Assembly (NCBI RefSeq): GCF_009834535.1
Contig: NC_045696.1
Span: 98,458,001 to 98,522,000 of the forward strand
Direction: 5' to 3'
DNA from: Camelus ferus
Lineage: Eukaryota
Length of the DNA: 64,000 bases
The notes under the pieces are model-generated. The model saw nothing but the letters and a program-made list of their open reading frames with translations, did not search any database and was not told the origin of the DNA. The position numbers and the translations under genes were made by a program. Of the stretch, positions 1 to 11,509 are shown in pieces; the first letter of the stretch is position 1, and the number at the start of each line of letters is the position of its first letter.

Positions 1-99
1 TGCCACATAACGTAATATAGTCATAGGTTCTGGGCATCAGGACTCTGACATCTTGGGTGGGGGCTCAGCGGGGAAGGCTGTCATTTTGCCCACTATATA
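1..99 (-). mobile_element. MaLR LTR fragment (MLT1-type), truncated by window edge
   Basis: cataggttctgggcatcaggactctgacatcttggg...attttgcccactata resembles the reverse-strand start of MLT1B/C/D LTRs. Confidence 0.7.
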
Positions 100-129
100 G
101 TCCCCTTAGTAGCACAGAATTCTCTAATA

Positions 130-1030
130 ATAAAATTCTCACTACTCACATCTCCCTTTAGCAACACGTCTCATGATTTATTATCACTCCTGAGCTTCAG
201 CGTTTTTATACATACAGTTCACCTATTCCCTCAGGTAGCCATTCGGAATATACATGAAGTCAAGGCTGCCGCAGCTTGCCCAGCCTTCCCAGCACACTCT
301 CTCATCTTTGGGACTTCCCTTACTCCTCCCGAATGAGGCAGAGACATTACTTCATCACAAACTTCTTCAACCTGCGTATTTATTTTTCCTAGTCCTGATT
401 CAATTTCCTGAAACACAAGTGCAGCTCTGTCCTGGAAGTGCCTTGTCCATTAGAAGACCTTACCATGGAAGTGAATTCTTTTTCTGCTTCTCCTACTCAA
501 GATGCAAGGAGGCATCCTTATTCCTTGCTGCCTCTTCCAGATGGTGTTCTACCACCACCATCTAAAACTCCCTCTTCTCTCGACGTTGATGACATCTGGT
601 CGTTACTTTCCTCTTCCCATTCTTGACATGATCGGTTTGCTTCTAAGACCACACCTTCATGTTTTTTATTTTCTTTATCATTTTATTCTTCTGACTTGCA
701 GGGATTGTGTCTCCCAGAGATTTTATTGTCCATGTAGCAGTCATCGGGCAAACTAGTTTCACCTTCAACACCGATGGCCTCCATTGTCATGAGCCCAGAG
801 CCTCCCTTGAGCATGATGACACTTGTAACCTGGGAATTCCTTGGAACTGACTGGATGGAAGAGGATGCTCTCTAAGTTTCTACTCTGTGCTCCACGCTTC
901 TTCCCTTCCAACTTTTCCCCTTCCTTTATTCTTTCCTCAGCCTGTCCTTCGCTTTTATCTGACTCTTTGTCTCTCACTTTCTCTGTTCTCTCCATATTTT
1001 AGTCTCTTCTTGAGTCTTTATGAATGCTGT
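130..1030 (+). mobile_element. L2 LINE relic (endonuclease/ORF2 region)
   Basis: Pyrimidine-rich; ttccttgctgcctcttccagatggtgttctaccaccaccatctaaaactccctcttctctcgacgttgatgacatc resembles the L2 ORF2 consensus. Explains the short ORFs at 231-1102. Confidence 0.6.
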
Positions 1031-1032
1031 AG

Positions 1033-1225
1033 AGCAGTGCTTCTCAAACTATCTGTGAGATGCAGTTTTTATTTCCAAACCTGCGGTCAACTGATACTTT
1101 AGTAAAATACAATAATATGAGTTATTTTGGAATTAAAAATAAAAAAACAAGACACTACTAAATACAAAGCAAACATTTTATTATAAGATTCAACAGACAA
1201 AATTATATTTCAATAAATGTGCTTA
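1033..1225. mobile_element. hAT-Charlie DNA transposon relic (MER119/Charlie-like)
   Basis: Begins with the hAT-type terminus cagtgcttctcaaact, followed by ...gtaaaatacaataa...agattcaacagaca. Confidence 0.6.
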
Positions 1226-1233
1226 TTTCTTCT

Positions 1234-1799
1234 TGTGATAGGCTGGATTCTAAAATGGCTCCTGTGGTTCCTGCTCCCTGAAATACACATCTTTTTATAA
1301 TGCCATCCTTTTGAGTGATTTACTTCTAACCAGTAGAAGGTGGCAAAGGTGGAAGGATTGCTTAAATGTATCTAAGGTCCCTAACCAATTGACTTCGAGT
1401 TAGTCCAAAGGGAGATTGTCCCCTGCAGGCCTGACTTAATTATGCGAATCCTTTAAAAGAGGGTCTATGCCTTCTCTGAAATAAGATCCTGGAAACAGCA
1501 GATACTCCTGCCCTTGCTGGCTTTGAAGAAGCAAGCTGCCATGAATTAAACAGCTGCAAGGAAGTGAATCCTGCCAACAACCTGAAGAAACTTGGAAGTG
1601 GATCCTTCCCCAGTCAAGCCTCCCAATGAGAATGCAGCCCAGCTACCACTTTGATTTCAGCTTTGTGAAACCCTGAGCAGAGTACTCAGCAAAGCCACGG
1701 CCAAACTTCTGACCTACAGAGACTAGAGATAACACGTGTGTGTTGTTTAAGCCACTAGGTTTGCAGTAACCTGTTATGCAGCAATAGAAGACTAATATA
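1234..1799 (+). mobile_element. MaLR solo LTR (MLT1E/F-like)
   Basis: Starts tgtgataggctggattctaaaatggctcc; internal tggctttgaagaagcaagctgccatg; ends ttaagccactaggtttgcagtaacctgttatgcagcaatagaagactaatata. Confidence 0.85.
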
Positions 1800-3659
1800 C
1801 TTCTTTTCCTTCAATTTCCACATTTGCTCTTCAACTAAGTTCTGTCTCTTCTGCCTATATAACGTTTCTTATTTCCATCTTTCATCTTCTAATCACTACC
1901 TGCTTTGGTTCGGAATCTCATTTATTCTCTTTTCTATCACTGGAATGGTGTTTTAATGGTCTCTGTCCTCTCCAGCTCACTCTAAGAACCACTGGGACCA
2001 CTGATCATGACTCTAGCTGAAGGGGGAGAAAGTCACTGTGGTTATAAAGTGGAGTGTTTGATCTGGTAGTTTGGGTTGTAGAGTAGTTAGATGACAGTAA
2101 TGTCCAGGGCAGGGCTACTAGAATGGGGGGCTGAGATGGAGTGATAAGGACTGAAGGACCCTAGAGATAGGTTAAAAAACTGAGAAATCACTGTGTTGCA
2201 TAGGCTATCCCAGTGGACATCAAAAGTATAAAATATGATGGTTACTTTAATATTATAATATGTGTGAAATGACCATTTTATGTTGTTTCTTGTGCCTTTG
2301 TTCATAGAAACATAGTAATGGTGCCTCTTGACATTTTGAGAAGAAATAAAAGAAAATATGTGTTTTACATAATTTTTTACAACTAATAAAAGTCATGTAT
2401 TTCAAAGTCTACACCAAAAATGTTTGACACCACAGAGGAAAAAAAAAACTGTGATTGTCAAATCTGCTAACAAATGGTGACTCACTTAAGCTTTTTCATA
2501 CAGTGGCTGCTTTCCACTAGGAAAAAACAAATGCCAGTGTTAATCAAACCAGCATGGAAGTTAATTAGAACCCCAAGAACAAGCGGATGGGCTTAGCACC
2601 TTGGACACACGAGTATCCTGTTTCTAAAGTTGACCTCTAAAGGTTGCATAACAATCAAGCCCAGCACAAGTCAAAAGCAGCTAATTAACTTTTCATTTTT
2701 CCCGGTAGTAATTTAGCCTTGCTCTTTGAAAATATTGCTAAATGGAGAAATCCCCATTAATTGCTGCATATTGGTTGTTCAAAGGAGGGTAATGACCCTT
2801 TCCTTGATTGTATATACCCATCATTTAATTTACTTTTTTTAATGTGTGCTTTAAAAACAACTCTCAAACATGAAGCAACTTTAGTTAATGGCCTCATTAA
2901 ATTTAAATGTAGATACCAGATTTTAGAGATTGGAAAACTTTGTGACACTGCAAGGAAAGTATTTTCTTCTCTACCTGGGAGTTAGGAGAGAAATGGCCCT
3001 AACCTGTCCCACATACATTACTGGGCATTTCTGCTTCATCATCCCAGATCCCTGGGGGCCGGTAGTGGACATGCTGGGAAATAGTGCATTAGCTTGGGCG
3101 TCCTTCTCAGCAGTTCCTTTGGCATTTTAGGTGCTGATCTCATCTCTTTCAGGGCAGAGATCTGCTCACTCATTGGCTGCCCCGCCCAGCACTGATAAAA
3201 GAGAGGTCAGGGGTCACCTCAGATGTTGCTGGGGCAGGTTTGGTCATATTATGTTATGCTTGTTTTCTAATATCAGTCAATCTACTGAGGTCCCATAATT
3301 CTGTGAACTGATCTGAGCAAACTCAGCTCTATCTTTCTCTTTCACTTTTGCACAGAATCCTGACAACTGGCCTAGATTTTCTCTTAACTCATGTCCCCCA
3401 TGCCCCTAAGTTGCTTGTGACCCTTGGATTCTTCCTTGGTTTTGTGAAGCATCCTGCCTTCCTATCTCTAGAGTAAAATTCATTCCAAGACTGACATCTC
3501 AGATGTGAGTTGTTCCACAGATAAACATCTCATTTGTGAATTTGATTTCAACTATTTAACTCTTATGTTAACCCATTACTTCCTTCCATTTGCTCATAAA
3601 CAACAAAACAGTAACAAATGCAAATGTTTAACAATGTGCAAACTATTGAAGATATAGAC

Positions 3660-4130
3660 TTAGACAGGGTTTCTGCAGTTGAGTGACTGGTAAAGGATGC
3701 AAATATGGAGAGAAAAAAAGAAAAGAATTAGGGTTCCTTCCCCAGTAGAAACAGATCATATGCTGCAGATAAATGACTGCTGTAGGCTTTATGAAGCAAG
3801 AAGCCATACCACGGGGTGCCTTGTATGTAGGTAGGCCCTTGACTGGAGGCATAGCCACCCCTCTGGCCTAATGGCAAAGGGCAGTTAGTCCTGGCCCTGG
3901 GCTGCTCTGGCTAGACTGGCACTCTCCTTCACTGTGTAGACTTCAGGTCCCTTCATGGGGAACAAGAGAGGTCCCAGGGGAGCTGTATCCCCTTTCCATT
4001 TGTGGGAATCCTGTGCATTTCTTGCTTGTGAGTTTCAGCAAAACAAACTGAACACAAATAAAGCCAAGTCCAAGTCATCTTGCTTGTCAGTGTTGGAATC
4101 CTGATCAGACTTTGTGGTCTGTTTACCTGA
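3660..4130 (+). mobile_element. Possible ancient LTR (ERVL/Gypsy-type)
   Basis: GC-richer block with AATAAA near 4057 and a U5-like tail ending tgtttacctgac; family not recognised. Confidence 0.3.
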
Positions 4131-4749
4131 CTTTCTCCTCTAGTTCAACTCTGGAAATGATGCAGAGTTAAACCAAAAGTGTGGGTCTGAGGAACTAAAG
4201 TCAAGACATAGAAAAGAGAGAAGTGGCCCTGTGCTGTTGTGGAGGGCAGTAGCTGGTGGGGCCGAAGGGGTCTGCATGCACAAGCACAGAGGGTGGCTGA
4301 AGGGAGGAGCTTCTGAGTTGTGTCCCTTCCCATAGTGCCACACTGCCTGTGTAGATGCCCACCTGCCCCTCATTACTGATAGAAAAGGGGCCTCACTTGC
4401 CCCTGACCATTGGCATCAGCATGGTGACATCAGAGAGGTTCAAGACCATGCAGACTGAGTTGCTGACCTCTGTCGAGCCCTGCCCACCTCTCCCCCTCCA
4501 CCTCCTCCCCGAGCTCTAGATAACCAAACCAAAGGAGGAGGGCTTTAGGGAGAGAGCAGTGTTGGAACAGAGATTCCCCGATAAGCAGTGCCACCTCTTG
4601 AAGAGACAGCAAATGGGACAGAGGAGAGAGGATCAAGCCTGGACTGTGGCTTCTCAACCACTGCCCTGAGGCACAGTCCTGCCACCTAACCAAGCCAGGA
4701 GCATCCCGCATGCTCTATCCTACTCACACTACCGGGCAAGATACTGGAT

Positions 4750-5520
4750 CCACCCAGGAGAAATGTATTCATTACCAAAAGGAGCCAGACATTTGAGGGA
4801 CAGAGTCCTGATAAAGGACAAATGAGCATGCAAAACTCAATGAAACAGACTTAATTAAATAGGCAGATCAAGAATTAAAAATAAAAATAATATTCTCTAA
4901 TTCCTGAGAGAATAACAGTAAAATGAAGGAAAAATAAGCCATTATTAAAAAAAACACAAAGGGGAAAGATTGAGCATATAGAAAGACAATAATTAGAATT
5001 AAATAATAGATAAGATAAAAAGCTAAATGATTACAATTGAAAATGTATAAACTTGAAAATCAGGTCAAGAAACTCTCATGGAAAGAATTAAGAAGATAAA
5101 GAGAGAGAAATTATAAAAGTTAAGGTTATGTGAACGTTAGTAGGCATCAGAATCTAAACATTAAGAGACAAAGGAGAGGAAAAATTGGAAGGAGAGGAAA
5201 AATTGGAAGGAGAGGAGATTGTTGAGGAAATAATCATGCACACTTTCCCAGAACTAAAGCAAGGTTAAATAAATCATATTGAAAATAACCCCAGAATGCC
5301 AAACAGGATAAATAAAGAAAAACTCACATGTAGACACATTATGGTAAAATTTAAGAACATCAACAATAATGAGAAAATTCCAAAAGCTTGTAGACGGATC
5401 AGATCTTCACAAAGGAAAATGGCTTAGATTAACCTCACAATTGTCTGTAGTGACACTGGAAGCAGGAATGTGGTCACAATTGTAAAGGAAAATGATTTGA
5501 ACATGGGGTTTGATTCTATT
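4750..5520 (+). mobile_element. Old L1M/HAL1-type ORF1 relic
   Basis: A-rich; cccagaatgccaaacaggataaataaagaaaaactcacatgtagacacattatggtaaaatttaagaac...gagaaaattccaaaagc follows the ORF1p segment RHIIVK...EKILKA. Confidence 0.7.
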
Positions 5521-6269
5521 TGTTATCATTATTAAATATTTGTGACATAAAAATATAAAGAATAATAAAATAAGCACAGTGTATCTACTGTCCAGGTTAT
5601 GAAATAATAAATCACTACATTTCTCATGGAAGTACTTTGCTTGCCCACATCAAATTACATTTTTCCCCAGTAGATTGAATTTGGTGAGCATCTTTCTGTG
5701 CATGTTTTCATTTTTTTAGTACTTATGGATGCATTTCTAGACAATCTATCATACTTCTGTGCATTTTTTTTTTAAATAAGGAAGCCAGGTGTTAGTTACT
5801 ATCATTATTAAACTGTCAGTTATTTTGGAGCAGGGATGTTTTTTCATTTGTACAAAATAGCAGTAGACAAAGAGATATATGGAAAAATTAAGATAAGATT
5901 TTATATCTTCTGATGCATGCTGCTGAATAAAATTTATTTCCACTGTAGTTATTTCCAGTGGACACTTCCTTAGTATACTAACAGGAACTCAGTGATAAAT
6001 ATATAGTTACAGTATTATTTAAGCCTTTAGAAAGAATAATGTCATTCTTAAATGTATGTCCTTAGAACTACTTTTCACCACAGATTGTATGTGGATCTCT
6101 GACAGTTTTAGCTCGACTCTAGTTTGAAGATCGCCACTGTATAAAAATCTAAGTTGTGCGTATATACAATCATTGGAAAGTTAATGGAACTTTTCTTACA
6201 ATATTATAGTTATAGAATCAGTATCTATTTTCTCAGATATAACTAAGATTTTTTATTTTAAATCTTCTC

Positions 6270-6510
6270 AAATCATCTTCATCAAGACAAAAAATAAGAA
6301 AAGACACTAATTTGTACTCCTGCTGATTTAATATGACTAGAAGTCCTGGACAATGTTACAAGAGAAAGAAAAACCATAAAAATATAAGGATTAAACATAA
6401 GAAACAGAAGTATCATTATTGGTAGGTGATACCTTCTAAATAGAAAATCCATTGTGAAAAATTTCTAGGACTGATAAGAGTGGAGGAAACTGGCAGATTT
6501 AAAAAAACAG
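6270..6510 (+). mobile_element. Old L1M ORF2 RT fragment
   Basis: Degenerate match to LLFNIVLEVLA..IRQEKEIKGI...LSLFADDMI.Y.ENP (tttaatatgactagaagtcctggac...tcattattggtaggtgatacc...tagaaaatcc). Confidence 0.7.
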
Positions 6511-6516
6511 TATTAA

Positions 6517-7110
6517 AGACTTCTGGTTTCTACTTTGCATGTAAGGAGCTTAAAGTCATCTCTTCCTCCCAGCAAGTAAAAAGCTGACCAGACTGAAATC
6601 TTAACAATTCTTCTTGGATCCATAAAAGAGGTAAGGATGCTGGGGAAACTGCTGCTGCCAAGATCGAAGAGAAGACAGCTGAATACAGGAGTCACGGCTT
6701 ACCGGAGCAGAGCCTGACGAGCACAAACCTCCACGGGAACTAGCATCAGGGTAGAAAAACCTGAACTGTAATTGATGTATTAGAGGCTCAGTGTGGACAA
6801 CTCTGAGAGTTAAAAATTTCAAGGGGTCATTCCAAGGGGAGCCCCCAAATTTTGTGAGATTTATCACCAGGAACTCAAATAGGCTCTCATGATAAGTATT
6901 GGAGAAAAACCCTCTTGGAGCTACTGGCAGGAGGAGGGGAAAAGGAACCATTTTGAAATATACCAGAGCACTCCATTCTTCTTAACAAGGTCTGCCCTCA
7001 GGGGAAACTAGTTAACCAGAGCCCAGCCTGCTGGGGTATTATTAGAGCCTCACTGGCCTGGGGGAAGGGAAATACCAATTCTAGCCCATTCTGACCATTC
7101 TTCTCCTCCA
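6517..7110 (+). mobile_element. L1M (L1MC/L1M4-type) 5' UTR fragment
   Basis: Starts gacttctggtttc, typical of old L1M 5' ends; contains ggcttaccggagcagagcc and gtagaaaaacctgaactgtaattgatg. Confidence 0.6.
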
Positions 7111-7119
7111 CCTAATTTT

Positions 7120-7810
7120 CAAAAAGGTCTACTTGATGAGTATTCTGCTATAATCTTTGCAAGGAATCAACCATCACAAGGACAGAGCCTAGATTTCAGT
7201 GGGATGACTCGGAGTGGTGAAGGATAGGGCAACGGCATATGCAAAGGTTAGACCATAGCCCAGATGTTTTAAAGAGAGAAGGTAAAAGAGACAGTAGTAA
7301 TAGGAAAGTATGAGATCAAGAAAGCAATTTTCTCCCTTCCTCTTCATCACTTTCCGCCTCTTACCCCAATTCTGCTACAATCATGAGTTCTGCAAAATTG
7401 AACTCCAGCCAACATTTCCATCTTTATGTAAGAAAACTTAAAAAAAATTTTTTTTTTAGGTGAGAAAGACATGCACTATATTAGCCGGCCTTGGGGGGAG
7501 ATCAAGCAGGAAGGGACAGGCTGAAGACAGGACAAACAAGGAGAAAAGTGGTTTAGTGTAAAGGCTCTAATCCAAGTCTGTGGGGATGGAAGGAGAATTA
7601 AGGTCAATATCAGACCCGACCAAGAGGCAGGATTGTCTTCAACTTCAAGTGTGATGAAAAGGATAGACTGAGGGAGGGAGGGGGAATTGGAATTGGTGGA
7701 ATTGCCTTTATTCTCTGTGAATTCGGAGGCAAAATCATCTGCTGAAGGTAAGGTGTCAGGAGCTTGGAAACAGAAATAAAGCTCTGAAATTGAAAAAATG
7801 GCCTTTTCTT
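7120..7810 (-). mobile_element. L2 LINE fragments
   Basis: Purine-rich plus strand resembling reverse-complement L2 ORF2; largely explains ORFs 7476-7990. Confidence 0.5.
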
Positions 7811-8249
7811 CTTTGCTGAAATGGGGCCACCCTGAGGATGCCCAGTAAATGGCCACGTCTCAACCACCTGAGCTGCCTTCCCTGCTGTAAATCTTTCCTT
7901 ACAAGTAGGAAGCCACAGCAAGCAACCTGTCACAGAATTCCAACTGAGTGCTAAATGCGTGTTTTTCTTTAAAACCTCCTCAACGATCACTAAACAGATG
8001 GCCTTCCACAGTTAACTTCACCAGAACATCTTGTCAGGCCAAGCCTGTTTAGCTCTGAAGATGGCATAAGTCATAGCCGTGTTCACTGGCCTGACTGTAT
8101 GTTATTGGAGGGCTGCTCACCTCCTCATTATTGACACAAGCCTAATAGCTTTCATAAAAGCTAAGTTCAGGGAAAGAAAATGTGACTGTCATCTTCTTTT
8201 CTTTTTTTCTAATTTATTCCTTTACTAAAAAGATTTATTCTGAAATATG

Positions 8250-8780
8250 TCTAGTTACTTCATTCTCTTGTTTAAAATGTGTCATAGAGTCCATATCCTA
8301 ATTGAGATCAAGCCATTATTTTTTTATCACGGCACTCAAGGGGACTGCATGACCCAGACCCTCAGCCTCATCACTTGGCCATCCCACAGTCCCGTCCGAC
8401 GGTGGTTAGTCTCACCCTCAGGATCATCATACACAGTTTTGTCTCTGAACCTTCCCACAGGCTATTTTCCTCTGTACCTACATCACTCACTTCCTTGTAC
8501 CTCGTCATGCTAATTTATACTCATGCTTCATGTCTCAGTTGAGATATCACTCCTGAGAATCCTCCCTAACCTTCCATGGGTTAAATGCTCCTACCATAAG
8601 CTCCCACCGCACCCTGTGTTTCTGCTTTACAATTGCCTCTTTATCTGCCCATCTCCCTCTGTATTTGTAGCCTCATAAGATCAGAGACCATATCTGAAGG
8701 GTCACTGTTCTTTCTCTAGTACCTTGAACAGTTTCTCACATATAGTAGGAACTCAGAAAATACTTGTTAAATTAAGCATG
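8250..8780 (+). mobile_element. L2 3' end
   Basis: tctcagttgagatatcactcc...ctagtaccttgaacagtttctcacatatagtaggaactcagaaaatacttgttaaatt matches the L2a/b tail. Confidence 0.75.
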
Positions 8781-8809
8781 GTTCTACTATTTTCTGAATC
8801 TGAGAAGAA

Positions 8810-9010
8810 AGTGTATAAAAACAGCAAGATTGGAGTTTGGAGAGACCACTTTTTACTAACTATGTGACCTTGTAAATTTATTTAAGCATCTTTCATCCTT
8901 ATTTTTCTTAATTGTAAAATACAGTTAAGTCTACCTGCCTCCCTATCTCATTGTTGTAAGAAGTAAATAAAACAATGGATTGTGTGTAGCACAAATAGCA
9001 CAAAAATAGG
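8810..9010 (+). mobile_element. MIR SINE
   Basis: Core actaactatgtgaccttg...ttgtaaaat. Confidence 0.7.
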
Positions 9011-9189
9011 GTAATGTAAATGATAGATTGTATCTCATGTTATTTTTTCCGCTTAAAACACCAGTGCCAACATTTGCTGATTGTTTTCCTCCTTTTCGTC
9101 TCCTACTCATTCTATCAAGATGGCAGCATGGAGTAAATTCGAAAAGAGCTATTTTATACAATTAGTTAAGATATCAAGTGGTAACTAAA

Positions 9190-9400
9190 CTAGCTAGCCT
9201 TTATTAAGAAATCACTGTGTCTGGCAGTGTGCTAAGCAGTTTTTATGCATTATATTCCTAGCACATTTTTTTTATCATTTTATTCATGATATTTAGGGTT
9301 ATAGAGGATGAGGTCACTTGTCTTCTTGCAAAGAAGTGGTGATAGTGGAAGACAAGACTGAGAATCTGCTCATTGCCTTGGTAATTCAGGTGGGCACAGC
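9190..9400 (-). mobile_element. MIR SINE
   Basis: ggcagtgtgctaagcagttttatgcattatatt...atagaggatgagg is reverse MIR. Confidence 0.6.
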
Positions 9401-11509
9401 GTACGCCTAATGTTTCTTTTGTATTCCCGTGCCTTTTCATGGTGCTGGTACACAGTATGGGGAGAGGAGACACATGAGGAGAAGCTGACCCTCAGCTGCT
9501 CCTCTCCCAGTTTTCACTCTCAAAATATGCCAATCTGCAGCTGTACTGATACGCCCCTTTCTTCTCGAAGATGTCACTGATTTCTGGCCTGTCCTCTTCT
9601 TAGAACCCCATAAACATCCCAGACACTCTGAGGTCACTGAAACATCATGTTGTTGTGTGCGTGTGTGTTTTTGTTATGTACATAATTGTTTGCTTATCGT
9701 CATATAGTTGTTTCTCCATTAGGGTTTTAGCTTCTTAAAGGCAAGAACTGTGTCTTATTTGCCTCAGCACCTCAGAACCTCCTACTGTACCCGTCACATC
9801 CTGAAACTACTGTTGAGTGAATACATTTTGAATGTCACCCCTCCTCCGCTCGCGTGCACGCGCACACAGATACTCTCTAGGTAATTGATAAGGCTCCCAC
9901 AATCTGTATATCTTGAGAGATTTATTTGGGTTAGATAAAAGACACTGTATGAGCAGTGCTGGCTCCTGTGCAAAGTTGCGGTTCTGAGAAGAACGTCTGG
10001 GAGAAAAGGGGTTTATGAAATGAATAGGTTGTGCTTCTCTGCTGAGGTTCGAGAGATGAGAAAAAATATGAAATGAAGTGTGCTAACATGACCTTGGATA
10101 TTATTCTGGACTCTGAGCTAACCTTGTTCTGCCACCTCAGTAAAAATAATTTTCTCAATTAAGGTCTGTGTTCTCATCTGTCAAATAAACGTGCTAAAAT
10201 GACCTTCATAGGATAGTCCTCAGGAAAAGCTAATAAATGATTGCAAGAATCTGAGAGAAGGAAAAGCACTGGGTAAATCCTGAATAATAAATCAGGACCT
10301 TTCTGTGCTAAGTCAAACTGAGAGACACTTAATTTAGAATCTTCCGGCGTTTGGCTATCGCTGAAGGAAAAAGGATCACAATAAATGTATATATATAAAA
10401 GAAAAGCTGACAGTTGAGAAACTAACATGAAAAGTAACGACATAAACAATGTTGGGAGATGCCTTCCAGGAGACGAGTTCTCAGAAAGTTGAGAACTCAA
10501 TTTAGAACATTTCTTTCTCTCTAATTGTTGTTCTGCGTGCTGCTGCAATATGATGAAATGGCCATAAACTTAGTGTGATAGGCTTGCAGAATAATTTAAT
10601 TATAATTTAACATTTACTTTTATGCTATGCAATTACTTACATTGCTTTTTGCTGAAGACAATACATTTAAGCAGCTGCGCACAATGAAAAAATAGCTGAC
10701 AGGGTCAATTCTGAAGTTATGCTAAGGTTTAGTTACATTCCTTTTGCACCCACTGGACTTAACAAATTAGACAGTTTGGGACTGGTTAAAAGAAAATCAG
10801 ACAAGTAATCAGGAACCCTTGATTGTCCTCTAAACCTTTTCACGATCTAGCTCTCTGAATTTTGCAGATTCCTTAATCTTTGGTAGGTCAGTCACTATTT
10901 TCTTACGTGTAAACATTGTCATTGGGTGGTCAGTATCTTTTTTATTCACTAACATTCTGTAAGGATACTAGTGATGTTTGTAGAATGAAAGATAGGCTGT
11001 TTATGAGACTAAATGTATTCCCCAAAGCCAGTCGTTGACGCACGTTGGGTGTCTGTTCTCTGGTATCGTGCGAGGCTGGTTCATGATGTTAGGCTTTTAT
11101 TCTCTGCTCTAGATTCCCTTTATATTTTCCTCTTCCTGAAAGTTTGCATTACAAGTAATTCGCACATGAACAGTTGAACTGCAAAAATTTGTTGCTTGGT
11201 TACAATGCAGAAATGACTATATGAAAACATCACTTAAAGTATTTTTCTGTTAAATACCATTTCCGTGTTCTCTCTTTATGACTTGAGTATTAAACAGTCC
11301 ATGTTAATTTTAACAGAGATATCTTTTATTACCAACATATCAATTTTGACTCTTGTGATTTAGAATTTGGGGTGATTCTGACAGTAAATTGGTTCTGCTA
11401 GAATGAGAAGTTCCAAGTAAAGGGCATAACTTAGAGGCCTATGTTTTTAAAACTTACAGGAGACACAGAAATTATTTAGTTTATATATTTTACAGTAGAA
11501 TAACAGACA

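Noticed and set aside
231..1102. Cluster of 61-103 aa ORFs
   Set aside because: They lie in a decayed L2 and low-complexity pyrimidine tract; no coherent protein.
7476..7990. Two 126-aa minus ORFs
   Set aside because: They largely overlap L2 fragments; no recognisable domain or convincing splice sites.
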